A stretch of 64,000 nucleotides of DNA from Lophium mytilinum. Taxonomy: Eukaryota. Under the pieces are notes generated by a model. It was not told the origin of the DNA. It saw only the letters and a list, made by a program, of their open reading frames with translations, and did no database searches. Numbering within the stretch: position 1 is the first letter of the stretch; each line of letters starts with the position of its first letter. Positions 52,407 through 64,000 of this stretch are shown piece after piece. Made by a program: the position numbers and the translations under genes. The DNA lies in NCBI GenBank assembly GCA_010093605.1, contig MU004190.1, positions 372,001-436,000 of the forward strand, read 5' to 3'.

Positions 52407-55400
52407 CTATTTCTGGCGATACTGGAACAACGCAAGTATAGCCTTCTTCTCGCATGCTGCAGCGACGTCTAATGCGCTTTGCCCTGCATTATTTTCGTGA
52501 AGCGGATCTACTCCTCTTGAGATGAGGAATTCGAACAACTGGCGATCGCGTGCTTGGCAGCGGCTCAAGTCATATCCACTACCTTCCTTCCGGCCCGCGA
52601 CTGTGTGGAGTGCAGTCTCACCCTTCAAATTCCGCGCGTGCACATTAGCATTGGCAAAGAGTTCCTCAAAGTGATCAACATGAGGTGAGCCCTCTGCGTA
52701 AGCATAGGACTGATACTCGTCGTCCAACATAGGATCTGACAGAAAGTTGAATAGCGGAGGGTTTCCGGCGTTGTCACGCGCGTCGATGTCCCCGCCCATT
52801 GTCAGATATTTTTGCCAAAGCCGGTAGCATTGATCTTTGTAGTCCGGTGGAAGATCTCGACGTGCTGTAAATCGGCGTATGCTGACATACTTCTTTAAGC
52901 ATTGGGGGGCCATATGATGCAGGGCCGTCATGCCCTCTGGGTCGGGTTCCAAAAGGTGGGCTCCTAGAGCAATCAAGGCTTCGCAAACTTGCGGACGAAG
53001 GGAATGTAAGGCACGATGAAGTGGCGAGTAGCCTTTGTTGTCTTTCAATATGATCAACGACTTGCAGTCATCTCTCTCCATAATTTGAAGAATCGTGTCG
53101 TCCTCGGACTCCAGAGTGTCAAGTAGATGGTGAAGAGCATGCCGACCTTCATAGTCCGAGACCGTAATATCAGCTCCATTCTCCAGAATCTTCAAGGCAG
53201 GAGACATCTCTTTAGGAACCCGGGGTTTGTGCTGATAGCCAGGCAAAGCCTCAATCCAGTCGCATGAAGCTAGGAATACAGTTCTTCCACGAGGATCTCT
53301 TGCGTTGAGATCGGTGCGTTCAAGATGATCCAGAACTTCCATCAGGATTTCGTATTCGGAGTGCTCGAAAAGGTAATAAAGCAGTACGTCTTTCTCATTT
53401 AACTGCGAGTACATATCCGCCCCGCGTTCGATGAGAAGTTTGACCACGGGAACAAAGTCTTTAGCCGTTGTGCTAAGGAAAAGGGGGCAGGCAGCGCAAA
53501 GGAGAGCATATCTTGCTTGGTCCTTGACGTTAAAGCTAACCTCGCATTGCTTTGTGGCATCCTTACTATTTGGACTCGCCCCATGGTCGAGTAGGAGCGT
53601 CACAGCTGAGACATTGGCCGCATGGATCGCCGTGAATAGAGGTGGAACACCCCCGAGTAAAGGATCTGCACCCCTCCGGAGCAGCTCTTTCAACACATCT
53701 GTTTGAGTGTTAGCTCTGCTTAGACAGGAAGCACCGGAAGCGTCAGTAATATTCGGATTGGCCCCTAGGTCTAAGAGGACCTTGACGCACTCAAATTTCC
53801 AGAAGTTCTGGCCCTCGCCCATGATGATGGTGGAAGCAATGTGTAACGCAGTCTCCCCCTTCTGATTCAGTGCATTAACATCGGCCCCCTTACTGACAAG
53901 ATACTTGATAGCATCCATCTGCCACCAGTAGCGCCCGTGCGCAAGGCAGTGTAATGCGGATGGCCCAAGCTGATAATCATGAAAGTCCGCCGGCGCGTGT
54001 ACAAGAGCACGTTCGTTGACGTCTACACCAAAGCGGTCGACTAGAAGCTCTAGCATCATCATATTGGAGGTGGGCCTTTCGCAACACACATGAAGTGGCG
54101 GTGCAAAATAAGAGGGTTGGCGTACTGAGTCAGCGCACGCTTTTCGTGTCCACTCCATTGTCCATTCCAGGTCGTCAAACTTCTTTGCATGATGTCCTAT
54201 TTTCTCCATTCTGTCGATCAAACCTTCATGCGCAACGAAGTTAAGGATGGATGGGAACTCCAGATTTTGGACAGGCTGACTCATATCAACTCCCTTCTTA
54301 TCTAAGTGTTCAAGGTCGTCTGCGTCTAGGTGTTTGATGTATTTTCGGGGACAGTTGAGCAACTCGGTAACGATCGAGGCATCAAGGCTGCCAATAGAAG
54401 TCGAACGAGCAATAAGTGACGCTTCCACAAGGCGCATAGAGCTTGATGACCCAGCCTCAGCAATGCCGTCATACATCTTCGAGTTTAGGAGGCTCCGAAT
54501 CATTCTTTTGCAACCGTACCAAAGAGCTAAATCCAAGGGATCGTGCTTTTCATTGTCGATGGCAGCAGTATCTGCACCATATGTAATCAGCATTGATACA
54601 ATGCCTGCTGGGGAAGGCGTATGATATTCATCCTCGAAGTTGGGTTCCATCTTCCATTTACACGAGTACCACGGTTCTTGATAATATGATCCTTGGCCAA
54701 GAGGTCGAAGCGCATCCTCACAAGACTGGCCAGGATGTGAGCGTCCATCTTTGAGGACTGTCCAGCGCATCTGTTCGACCTCAAACTCGGCACAGGAATG
54801 GAGGGGATTTCTTCCCTGCATGTCTTTGAGGTCGACTGAAGCACCAGCTTTAAGGAGGTAATACACGCTCTCCTGTCTCCCTGAGGTACATGCGTCGTGA
54901 AGAGGCGTTCTGAGGAATGAGTCTGGCTTGTCAATCATTTCCTTATCGATCTCCTGCAATAGTAGTCCTACAATATTTGCTTTCCTTGCTCGGCAGGCGA
55001 GATGAAGTACACTTCTCTTGTCCTTGGTGACTATCGCAGAATTTGCTCCGTCCTTCAGAAGTTCTGACACTAGTTCTTCAGAACGAAGACAAGCCATGTG
55101 CAATGCCGTCATGCCGTTCTTATCGCGAGTCTCCAGATCCAAATTTTGCCCACTCTCGCGGAAGAGAGTGAGCAAAGGTGTATAGATGCCGAAGAGTCCA
55201 GTAGACCCTAATCGGGTTCGTTGAACACTCAAATGAAGTGGTGTTTCACCGGCCAGATTCTGGGCATTCACAGACAAACCCAGCCCCAAAAGCTTTCGCA
55301 CTACGTCGATGTACATATGACCATCGTATCGCCTGGAGACTTCGTGTAAGAGGCTGTTGTTTTGCGAATCGAGGACATAAGGATCGAGTCCGATTTCAAG

Positions 55401-58400
55401 GAAGTGGTCCAATTTAGTCCGTGCGAAATCATATCTACTGCAAACGATGTGCATGATTCCTTGGCCAGAGTTATCCTTTGCGTCTAGTCGAGCCCCACTC
55501 TCCTCTAAAGCATCAAAATATCTCCCTTGCGACCCGATATTCTCTAGTAGAGCTGTCCTCCCAGCGCCATTTCGAGTTTCAAGGCAAACACCCGCCGATT
55601 TGAGTAATTCGATATATTCCATCATCTCGGGGTAACTCCAGCAGGAGTTGTGATGGAAAAGGCAGCGCGCTCGCGTGGCAACATCGGCGCAGTCTCCCAA
55701 AAGTGTTTTGAGAACTTCTAGGGAGCAGCTCTGTACTGCTAGCTCTAACGTCGTCGTTCCTAGATCGTTCTGTGTCTCACTTCGAGCACCCTTTTGGAGT
55801 AGGAAGCGAACCACATCATCGGTGGAGCCCACACTGCGATTTAAAGAGCTGTTAGGGCCTATATTTTGTTAACATTATGATGCAGCTGCTTCTATCTGAT
55901 GAACCTGGAAGGGAAATGAGACCAATGGCCACGTTCCAGTCCTTGCGAGTGCCTGGGCTCACCATAAGGGAAGAGGTGAATAGTCTCTGATGCGAGAAAA
56001 AGAAGTTCACATGGACTTACATGACAAAGCGGCATGGAGCAAAGAGTCTCCAGAAATACCACGTGAGTCGATGTCAGCACCAAACTCGAAGAGATGTTGT
56101 AGCAAAGTCAGATTCTGAGAGCGCCTCAGAAACTCATGAAGCGGAGTGTCGCCCGCATCATCATAGACTTCTAACAGCGCATGGCCTCCGGCTTGAAGCA
56201 AATATCTGCATTCCGCATGATGACTGGTGTGCGAGAGACAAAACAAGAGAAGGTGCATTAGAGTCCGCCCTCTTTCATCCTTTTCGTTCAAATCAGCGCC
56301 GGCATCCAAAAGATTCCGTAGAATAGGCTCGAAGGATGACTGGTCTCCTTTAGATTCGAACGACACGAGACCTTGCAAGGCAGTCTTTGGTGTCATTGCT
56401 GTCCCCATACTCCTATCACCACGGTGCGATAGATATCTCCTGCCAATTTTCCGATGCGATTTAACCTGAACATCGGCGCCTCTGGCGAGAAGTAGTTTAA
56501 CGCAGTCTGGGTTACGAGCGGTTACAGCGAGATACAAAGCGGTCTCTCCCAGTAACGTGGCATTGGCGGAGACCTCAGTACTTTCGAGGATTGCACGCAC
56601 AGCTTCCGTTCTGCTATATGCGCACGTCAAACACAGGGCTTTCTCGATCTCGTCTCGTCCTAGATGGGGGATCATGATAATCAATGTTTCGGTATGTCCG
56701 TGTCTGCACACATAATCAAGGGCAGTTTCCCCTTTCGTACTCCCTTCACCTCCAAGCAACATGCCGGAGTGGTTCTCGCGTGTTTTGGAGGTCAAAGGAT
56801 CAACCCCAACTTCGAGAAGCCTTTCAACTGTGAATGCATGGTTCTTCCTTGCAGCCTCGTGGAGTGGTGTGTTGCCACGAATATCATGCGGATCTGAATC
56901 TGCACCGTTATCGAGCAACATAATCACCATTGCGGTGTTCCCGTTGCGAGCTGCCCAGTGTAGTGGAGTTCTCTCAACAGCGTCAAGTGAATGAACGCTC
57001 TCGCCTCGTTCTAAGAGCTTAAAGGCATACCTTGTCAGACCCGCAAATGACGCGATATGGAGTGGGGTGACAATGCCATTACTCTTCTCATCAGAAAGCG
57101 TAACTCCCCATCCCCATACTTGCTTTGTCCAAGATTGGAAGTCGCGATTACTAGGGTCAAGAAAGTCGTCAAGACTGGAAAAGAAAGTTTCGTCTTCCAC
57201 ATCATAGCGACTTGCATGGTAAACCCAGAAATCTAGCGAATATTGCAGGAATGGATGTTGCAAGCGAGCAGCTTGGTAGCCGGACTGCTGTCCTTTGTCT
57301 TCAGATTCCTCCTCATACAACTTTACGTTCGCTGTTGCCTCAGCAAAAGACATGACACCAGATTGTAGATAACGGAGGCATCGGGTAGCGAGTCTTCCAT
57401 GAGTAATGGACGTATGAATGATCGGAAATTGCTCTATGTCTCCTAAGCGAGATTTTCGTTCGGTGTCGAGCAAAAATTCCGTGAAAGAATGGTGAATTAC
57501 TTGAACAGTTTCGTCCTCAAGAATCTCGATGAGTGGACCGCATGCAGACCTAGCGATGGCCTTTGGGGCGTCGGGCAGATCGGTTGCGGGAAATTCGCAG
57601 GTAAGCAGACTGGATATTTCGGTCAGACGAAGTGGTTTTGCTGAGTGCGTGACGGCCTCAAGAAGAGTTAGTTGAATTTCGTTGCTGATGCCAGATTCCG
57701 ATTGCTGGTTGTGCAAGATGCTATTATACATGTCCTCTAAGCCTATTGGGAGGGTGTTGGCTAATTCGTGGATGTCCATATTTTGCTTCGAGTGAAGATT
57801 GGGGATGAGCTGATCAATCATCAGACGGGCGTACAAGAAGAGGCCTCCGGCTCTTTCACATATTATGTCGCATAGAGAATACGCGCTTTCTTCCCCGATG
57901 ACTCCTTTCAAACGGTAGGTAACAAAGCAACGTATGTCTTTCCCCACAAGATCTTGCTCCAGACTGATGTGAACAATTGAGGAGTTCCACAAACCGCTCT
58001 GTAGATACTGGTGGGGTCGACTAGTCAGGAATACTTTGATCGAATCAGGTCGGTAGGCTCCCAGATGATCGAGTTGCTTCAGAAAAAAGGACCTGCCGCT
58101 CTCATCCATCTCATCCATGGCGTCGACTATACAGTATACCCGGGGAACAGAGGATAAGCCGGCCAAAAGCCATTCCCAGAGTTGGTCATTTGAGACGTCG
58201 GCTAACTCCCCATCGAGATGGAGTTGGATGAGAGCTTGCAGGACGGTGCTAGAAGGAAGCAGCTGCGCGAGCCAATCTTGGCACAAGGATCGATGGTTAC
58301 GATTTGTAGCAATGATCTGGCGAAAGAAAAAGGACAAGACGGGAAAAGTCCCCTCCTTCTTCAAGTGCTGCGCAACGGAAGCAGCCAGGACAGATTTCCC

Positions 58401-58658
58401 AGACCCAGGAACGCCTTTGATCCAGAGACTTCCATGCCGAGGAGATTCGAACCATTGGCGATATTGATCCGTATCACAGATCCATAGCCCTGTATCAGGA
58501 GCCTGTGATGAGACGTGTCGATGGTATTCGGATGATTCTGCGTTGTAATTCGTTGGCTGCAGCCAGGACTGGATCTTGGTAATATCGTCGGGTTCAAGGC
58601 TGGCTTCTTGGAGATCGATGATTTCGAAATCATCCGAATGACTGCTTTGGGAATCCAT
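52407..58658 (-). CDS. very long NACHT-ankyrin NLR-like protein (~2029 aa)
   Basis: Walker A GVPGSGKS, Walker B YCIVDAMDEM, GLFLYA, IHHSFTEFL, then over 1400 aa of ankyrin repeats; the two track ORFs join in frame through intron 56020-55859 (GTAAGT...GTTAAC...TAG). Confidence 0.92.
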
Positions 58659-59564
58659 GATGAATGGAAACCAGAGTCGATGGGGATGGGATGGAGATGA
58701 AGAGCGGCGATGAACTATGTAGAGATACTACATATCTAGGCAACTGCGTACCCTTCTTCACGCTTTAACAGCGTCAACCCACTCCCTGAGAGGCACAGCT
58801 TCCTTGCTACCTTCACTTTTTAACGTTTATGATATTCGTGTTCTCGGTGGATATGGTGCCCAATATATGCTGTTCGGCCCAATGATGCTAATGAAGGAAG
58901 GAGACTCGCTGGTACTGCAAGGTTTCGTTTTGAAGTAAGCGCACGTGTCGATTTTGGCAGCGCCGGACTTCCACAACTCTACTCATCACGTTATGGGCCC
59001 TATCTTGACAAATAAGAGCTGTAGTGCACTATTTCCCCTGTTTAAATATGTAGGTGTAGTCCAAATTCATTTCAACATCACGTGACCTACGATATCCTCT
59101 TTGGTTGGTCATTCTTACAATCACTCTCTTCTTGCCCCTCTGTGTCTTTTCCTAGAAAAAGGCCCTACTGGATTGCTTATGTCTAGACCTGGGCTGTTAT
59201 TTCTACGGGAAGCATGCTCTTCCCCACCAATGACACAAATCTCTTGGTGTTCCTTGGCTAGCTGAAAACACCACGACCGACCCTTGTAAAACGCGTAAGG
59301 GTCTCAGCTGAGAGGTACAGAATCTCCATGCAGCCGATCAATCGAGGCTAGGACAATGGCCATTCCCTCTTGAGTATAAGTAATGGGCGTCTAGACGTGG
59401 GGTACTTCCTCTTTCTCGTCCGCTTTTCTTCACTCCCCGCACTCCTCCCCTTCATAGCCGTAGTCTGACTCTAGAGCTGCAATCACTCGTTACTCGGCCG
59501 TCCATTGTGACCAAACCAACTTCAAACAATCGACTTCTCTGAGGCCGTTCTAAGCCCCGTCACT

Positions 59565-60974
59565 ATGCCTAGCAAAGGTATCCAGTGCTACGCTTACATA
59601 GGCGCCCCAGGCTGCCAAGTCGAATTCTCCGTCCCGAAGACAACGATCAACAAGCACGATTTGAACAATTGGACACAAGACCACCTTGAAGTGGACCAAA
59701 AGAACCTGGGCTCGCTCTTTCACTACACAGGCCGCTTTTCCTTCAGGGTGTCTCGCGATGGCCGTGAGCTCACCAATCAATGGGTCGAGGTCAATTCCCT
59801 CACCGGCGATCTGGATGACGGCACAATGAAAGACATGCAGCAAACACCGTCCATCCTCACAGAAGACGTGATTATAACATATAGCTTCTACGACGCTGGA
59901 CCCGGTGTCGCCGGCCTACCGAAGCAGCACCAATGTGCCGTGTCCGTTACCCCCAACCACTCGGACTGGATTCGGGATGTTGCACCCATCGATTCTCCGC
60001 AAGCCGACAAACCCTTCCATCGTATGGTGCTTCCTAGCTCGCACGACATCGGCATGAACAGCATGACGACTTCCAAAGCTATGCTACGCAACGCGGGCAC
60101 CAACATCATCAAAATGGCACTTGGTACCCTACCTGGAGCTTTTCGCGTTTTGGACAAAGTGTCTGACTCTGCAATCAACGCTATCGCACCGAACATCATC
60201 TATGGGCTTGCCGTTACGCAGAAAGACTCTCTATCCACAATTTTAGCAATTGGCGCTCGATACTTTGAGTTCCGTCCCGCACATTGCCACCGCGAGATGC
60301 AGAAGGTCTCGCCGCTACCAGACACGCTGTACTTCCAGCATGGCGCCATTCCGGGAATGCCATACGCCGAATTCCTTCACGACATCGTGCAGTTTCTGAA
60401 CAGTCACCGCGAGGAGATCGTCGTTGCGCAGCTACGATGGGATGGGGTTCCAGGCGACTGCCCCCGGCCCTCGGATGACGAGCTCCGCGAGCACATTGAC
60501 AAAGCGCGAGAAGGAACCGACATCCAAGTCGGGAACCTCGACGACATGAGGAACAAGACAATCAAGCAGCTTCGCCAGGATCGCCAGCGTTTGATTCTTA
60601 TCCGTGACATTGAACAAGCGTCTAATTACGATGATAAGGCCAACGCGACGCTCGACGGTGCGACTATCGTCACAGCGCTAGACAGCATGTCTGGGAATCC
60701 GCCGCGTGGGAAGCCGTTGATCTTGCTACAGTGTCAGGCTACTGCGACGAACATCCCGGATGTGATTGCGTATAGTGTGTTGAGCTCGGATGCTTCAACG
60801 AGCCCGCTCCTGGCGACAAAGCCGATTTGCGATATCAAGACTCTACCGTCGCTGAGGGGAGACGTGGGGAAGAACTTGACGCGGGAAGACGGAGTGGTGG
60901 CAATTATGAACGACTTCTTTGAAGGTGGTACTGCGGAAGTAGCGATTGGGCTGAGTCGGGACAGGCTGCGCTAA
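59565..60974 (+). CDS. PLC-like phosphodiesterase (PI-PLC X-domain type), intronless
   Basis: MVLPSSHDIGM, AVTQKDS...GARYFEFRP, YFQHG, FL..H..EIVV match the PI-PLC TIM-barrel signature; no signal peptide evident. Confidence 0.85.
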   Translation: MPSKGIQCYAYIGAPGCQVEFSVPKTTINKHDLNNWTQDHLEVDQKNLGSLFHYTGRFSFRVSRDGRELTNQWVEVNSLTGDLDDGTMKDMQQTPSILTEDVIITYSFYDAGPGVAGLPKQHQCAVSVTPNHSDWIRDVAPIDSPQADKPFHRMVLPSSHDIGMNSMTTSKAMLRNAGTNIIKMALGTLPGAFRVLDKVSDSAINAIAPNIIYGLAVTQKDSLSTILAIGARYFEFRPAHCHREMQKVSPLPDTLYFQHGAIPGMPYAEFLHDIVQFLNSHREEIVVAQLRWDGVPGDCPRPSDDELREHIDKAREGTDIQVGNLDDMRNKTIKQLRQDRQRLILIRDIEQASNYDDKANATLDGATIVTALDSMSGNPPRGKPLILLQCQATATNIPDVIAYSVLSSDASTSPLLATKPICDIKTLPSLRGDVGKNLTREDGVVAIMNDFFEGGTAEVAIGLSRDRLR

Positions 60975-63743
60975 GTCTTGATGGTAAGCGTATGCAATCA
61001 TTTGAAGCCTGGGGTTGAATTCCATGACTGGGAGCTATGAAAATCAGAGCTATTAATCACAAGAGTAGCATGAATCAGCGACGAATTCTCAAATATTGAA
61101 GAGTTGTTCTGCTGAGTCAAACATCTATCTCCTTTTTGCAATCCTTTCATTCAATATCTGCTCTTGAGAAAAGGTCTCAACTCGATGGTGTTTCTTCACT
61201 GTTCTCTTAGGCCTGTGGTCCTGCGATTTTTGATTACATGTGCCCATTCTCGCAGTTCTGCTATGAAAGCGCTTTCTGGGCGCTGACGCACTGAAATCAC
61301 ATGCTACACGTGACAACTCTAGGATCAGACGTATAAAAACCCCTTGTCTCGCATCTTTACAAAGCAGGAGTGTGATATCAGGGCTTTTTGGAGCTGCGAA
61401 ACAGTGGAAAAGAGCACTACATGACTGCTCTGCTTTGGTTGGTTTCAAAACCTCCAAACAGGGCCTTCATGACCGGAGAGAGGTGGTGGGTTTGCGTCTC
61501 AACTTCAACATCCTTGCTGGATTATGATGATCGCCCACAGCAATCAATGCTAGTAGCAAACAGGGTCGCTTCATGTACAAAATGTAGCGTCTCAACGTAA
61601 TATCAGATGCTACGGCCTGCATTCAATAATCCTCGACGACGTATGGAGAGCAGGCAGACTCCACTCCTCAAGATACTGACGATTAGCGAAATCGTTCGCG
61701 GATAGCGTTCACCGTACTCCTCTTTTACTACCTGTCAGCTTTTCTTACCGATGTGTTGGCTAATTTGCCTTGGAGATGGTACTCATCAGCATCCACCGAG
61801 AGTAAACGACTTCCTCCAGTCCACCAAACTCCATATTTCTTCCTTGATCAGGTATTTTGGTCCCCAGAAACGCTCCTTCCCACCATGACAGGTGTCGCCC
61901 ATCGGAAGTTGAACAAAACCACCCAACACCAACCATCAGAAATACACCGACTCAAGCTGATCCACAACTCGAGCAATCCACCTTCCCTGCTTTCCCAAAG
62001 CCTTCGGACCTCCCGTTTATATACCCCCCAACGAAGTCTCGGGATCATCGTCGGGCCGGAGAAGGAAGACATGTGACACCCGTGGCATCATTCCTCTCAC
62101 CGCTTAACTCCGCTCTTCACATGAAGCGACACAGACCCAGCCAGCAGTTAGTGAAAAGTCACAGGACAGCCCGTGACCGCTTCCGTGTCGCCTTCTCCGG
62201 CAAGGTATAAAACCTCCTACTCCCACTCTTTTCGAGGAAGCAGAGGAGTCCCAGGTTCTGGCGAGGACTGGAAAAAACGTCTTGTTGAACCTACTATGTG
62301 GTAGTTGGGCCGGGGAAGAAGAGCCGAGACCAGTAGTTGCCTGATTGGATGTGTTGCCTCGCACTAGCGGAGGAGAGAATCAAAATAGGCCCCGCCACCA
62401 TCCTGATGGTGTCGTGGGTTGGTGGTGGAAAGAGTCAAACCGACATGACTACTGGCTCATGTGGTACTCTGGTTGAAACTCGCTGCGACTGCGCCTCGCA
62501 TGGGAGGGTCTCTTGAGTGGACTAGCTTCTCCATCACGTCAGTGCTAGTGATCATCTTAATTCACGGCAGCTGCTCTTCACCATTCCCTCCTATTCCTCA
62601 CAGCCATCGCTCTCTACAAGCAGCGAAGATAATCGAGGACACTTTGAGATCTTCATCACCACCATCTCATACTCAGTCCCCGACACACCAGCACACCATG
62701 CCTCTCCTCTGCTCTCCCTTTTGAACTCCCCCACATGGGATCGTAGGGTTGTATAAGCTGAACAACAGCTCCATAGGTGGGTGGAGGAGCACAGTTGCAC
62801 AACTCCATCCCTAACGCACCACCATTGGGTGCAGCTCCACACTATGTTGATCCTCCATCCCATCGCTCCTCTTCCCAGCTACTCCATAAGAAACTGTCGT
62901 CTCCGTTTTCTGATGCTGCAGAGATTCTGCTCCCAGCCATCATGCGCTTCTGCGGAGTCTTTTGATTCCCATTTCCGAAGACCTTCTACTCCCTGGTTTT
63001 GAGAAGAAGCGGAGAAGGACCAGTTTATATACCCCTTGACAGAAGTTTCGGGAAGAGATCGGGCCGGTGCACGTGAGGCACGTGCAAAAGATGATTAACT
63101 CCAATGATCATTCGGCTGGGGATAGCAAAGTTTACTGCTAAGCATATCAGATGGAATAGAAGTGTTCTCTGTAAATAGACAGAGCAAAAGAAGCAGCGCA
63201 GCCCAATATTCGATGAAACAAAGATATTCCCCGACTCGCCTCGCTCTCCCAAACCCGCACCCACCCCAATCCGTCCTAGCCTCTCGCTAAAAGCGGATAT
63301 CGTTCACCCGACGGGATTTCGGCAACAGGGACGCGATCCCGCGAAACCTTCCTCAATCGAAACAACGTGACCCCTCTGCCCTACGACCGACATCACAGCA
63401 TCACTGACATTGCAGATATTTCTTCTGAGATTGATACCTTGGTAAAATATCTCTGCGCTCTCACTACTACATCGGAACCATAGAGTACCCTCCGGCCCCC
63501 ATCATTCCATGATACGGATAAGAAAGACAAAAAACAGGCGATGCGACACATATGTCTCGCTCGCAGAGCTAAAACGCCAGAAAAAGACATGAAGACATCG
63601 AAATGAGGAAAATAAAAAACTGATACTACTCCGTACGCGACAAGCCGCTAGAAATACTTACGCCATCATGAACGCGTCTTAGGATATTTTTCCTTTGCGC
63701 GCTGCACCCACACCTAGTTCCTCGTCGATTATGAGAGACACGC

Positions 63744-64000
63744 TCACTTCGTGATTACGCCTAGGTAGTCCGCCACGATGAGTGTCACCATGCTACAGGT
63801 CGATCAGTGTCATTTCTTGAGATGAGGAAGAGGAGGGAAAAGGAAAGGGAAACTTACGCATGCGGCGCAATCCTAACATAATACGTCCCAAACCCGCGAT
63901 AGAACCTCAACAGGCCCTCCTCCTTCGCCACCTTCTTGAAGCAATCCATCATCCCCCGATACGGCAGCGAGCCATCCGCGCCCCGCGTCTGCTTCTGCAA
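63744..64000 (-). CDS. 3' end of a mitochondrial carrier (2-oxoglutarate/malate or dicarboxylate-tricarboxylate type), partial
   Basis: LQKQ...YRGMMDCFKKVAKEEGLLRFYRGFGTYYVRIAPHA, intron, MVTLIVADYLGVITK*; third carrier repeat. Confidence 0.9.

Noticed and set aside
52407..58658. NACHT ORF and ankyrin ORF as two genes or a frameshifted pseudogene
   Set aside because: A canonical 162-nt intron (56020-55859) joins them in frame.
33782..61025. Many antisense or overlapping track ORFs over real genes
   Set aside because: Shadow ORFs of GC-balanced coding sequence with no recognisable motifs.

Overview
Filamentous ascomycete (Pezizomycotina) DNA in two sharply separated compartments. Bases ~1-32900 are an AT-rich block of nested, RIP-destroyed transposons: four chromodomain Ty3/Gypsy LTR elements of two families, a Hop-like Mutator with long TIRs and an older MuDR/SWIM Mutator that hosts them. 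Bases ~33050-64000 are GC-balanced and gene-rich, with about 13 genes. The main result sits at the border: a NACHT-ankyrin NLR (35064-38774,+) is head-to-head with a SesB-like alpha/beta-hydrolase (34677-33223,-). The NLR N-terminus (HQGDNTGQNVTFYGQNTIHGTPNF) aligns without gaps to a hydrolase C-terminal peptide (HQGHNKEGATAFYGSQSFSGKTNI) that the ORF track misses because it lies behind a predicted GC-AG intron. This is the layout of a fungal amyloid-signalling receptor/effector pair, and the motif does not obviously match the HET-s or PP/RHIM consensus. The other genes are a DUF6594-like protein, two small orphans, a TauD dioxygenase, a BIM1/X325-like GPI protein, an Ntn asparaginase, BCKDH E1-beta, a trans-enoyl reductase-like MDR, a second very long NACHT-ANK, a PI-PLC-like phosphodiesterase and the 3' end of a mitochondrial carrier. 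All calls are by-eye; no searches were run.
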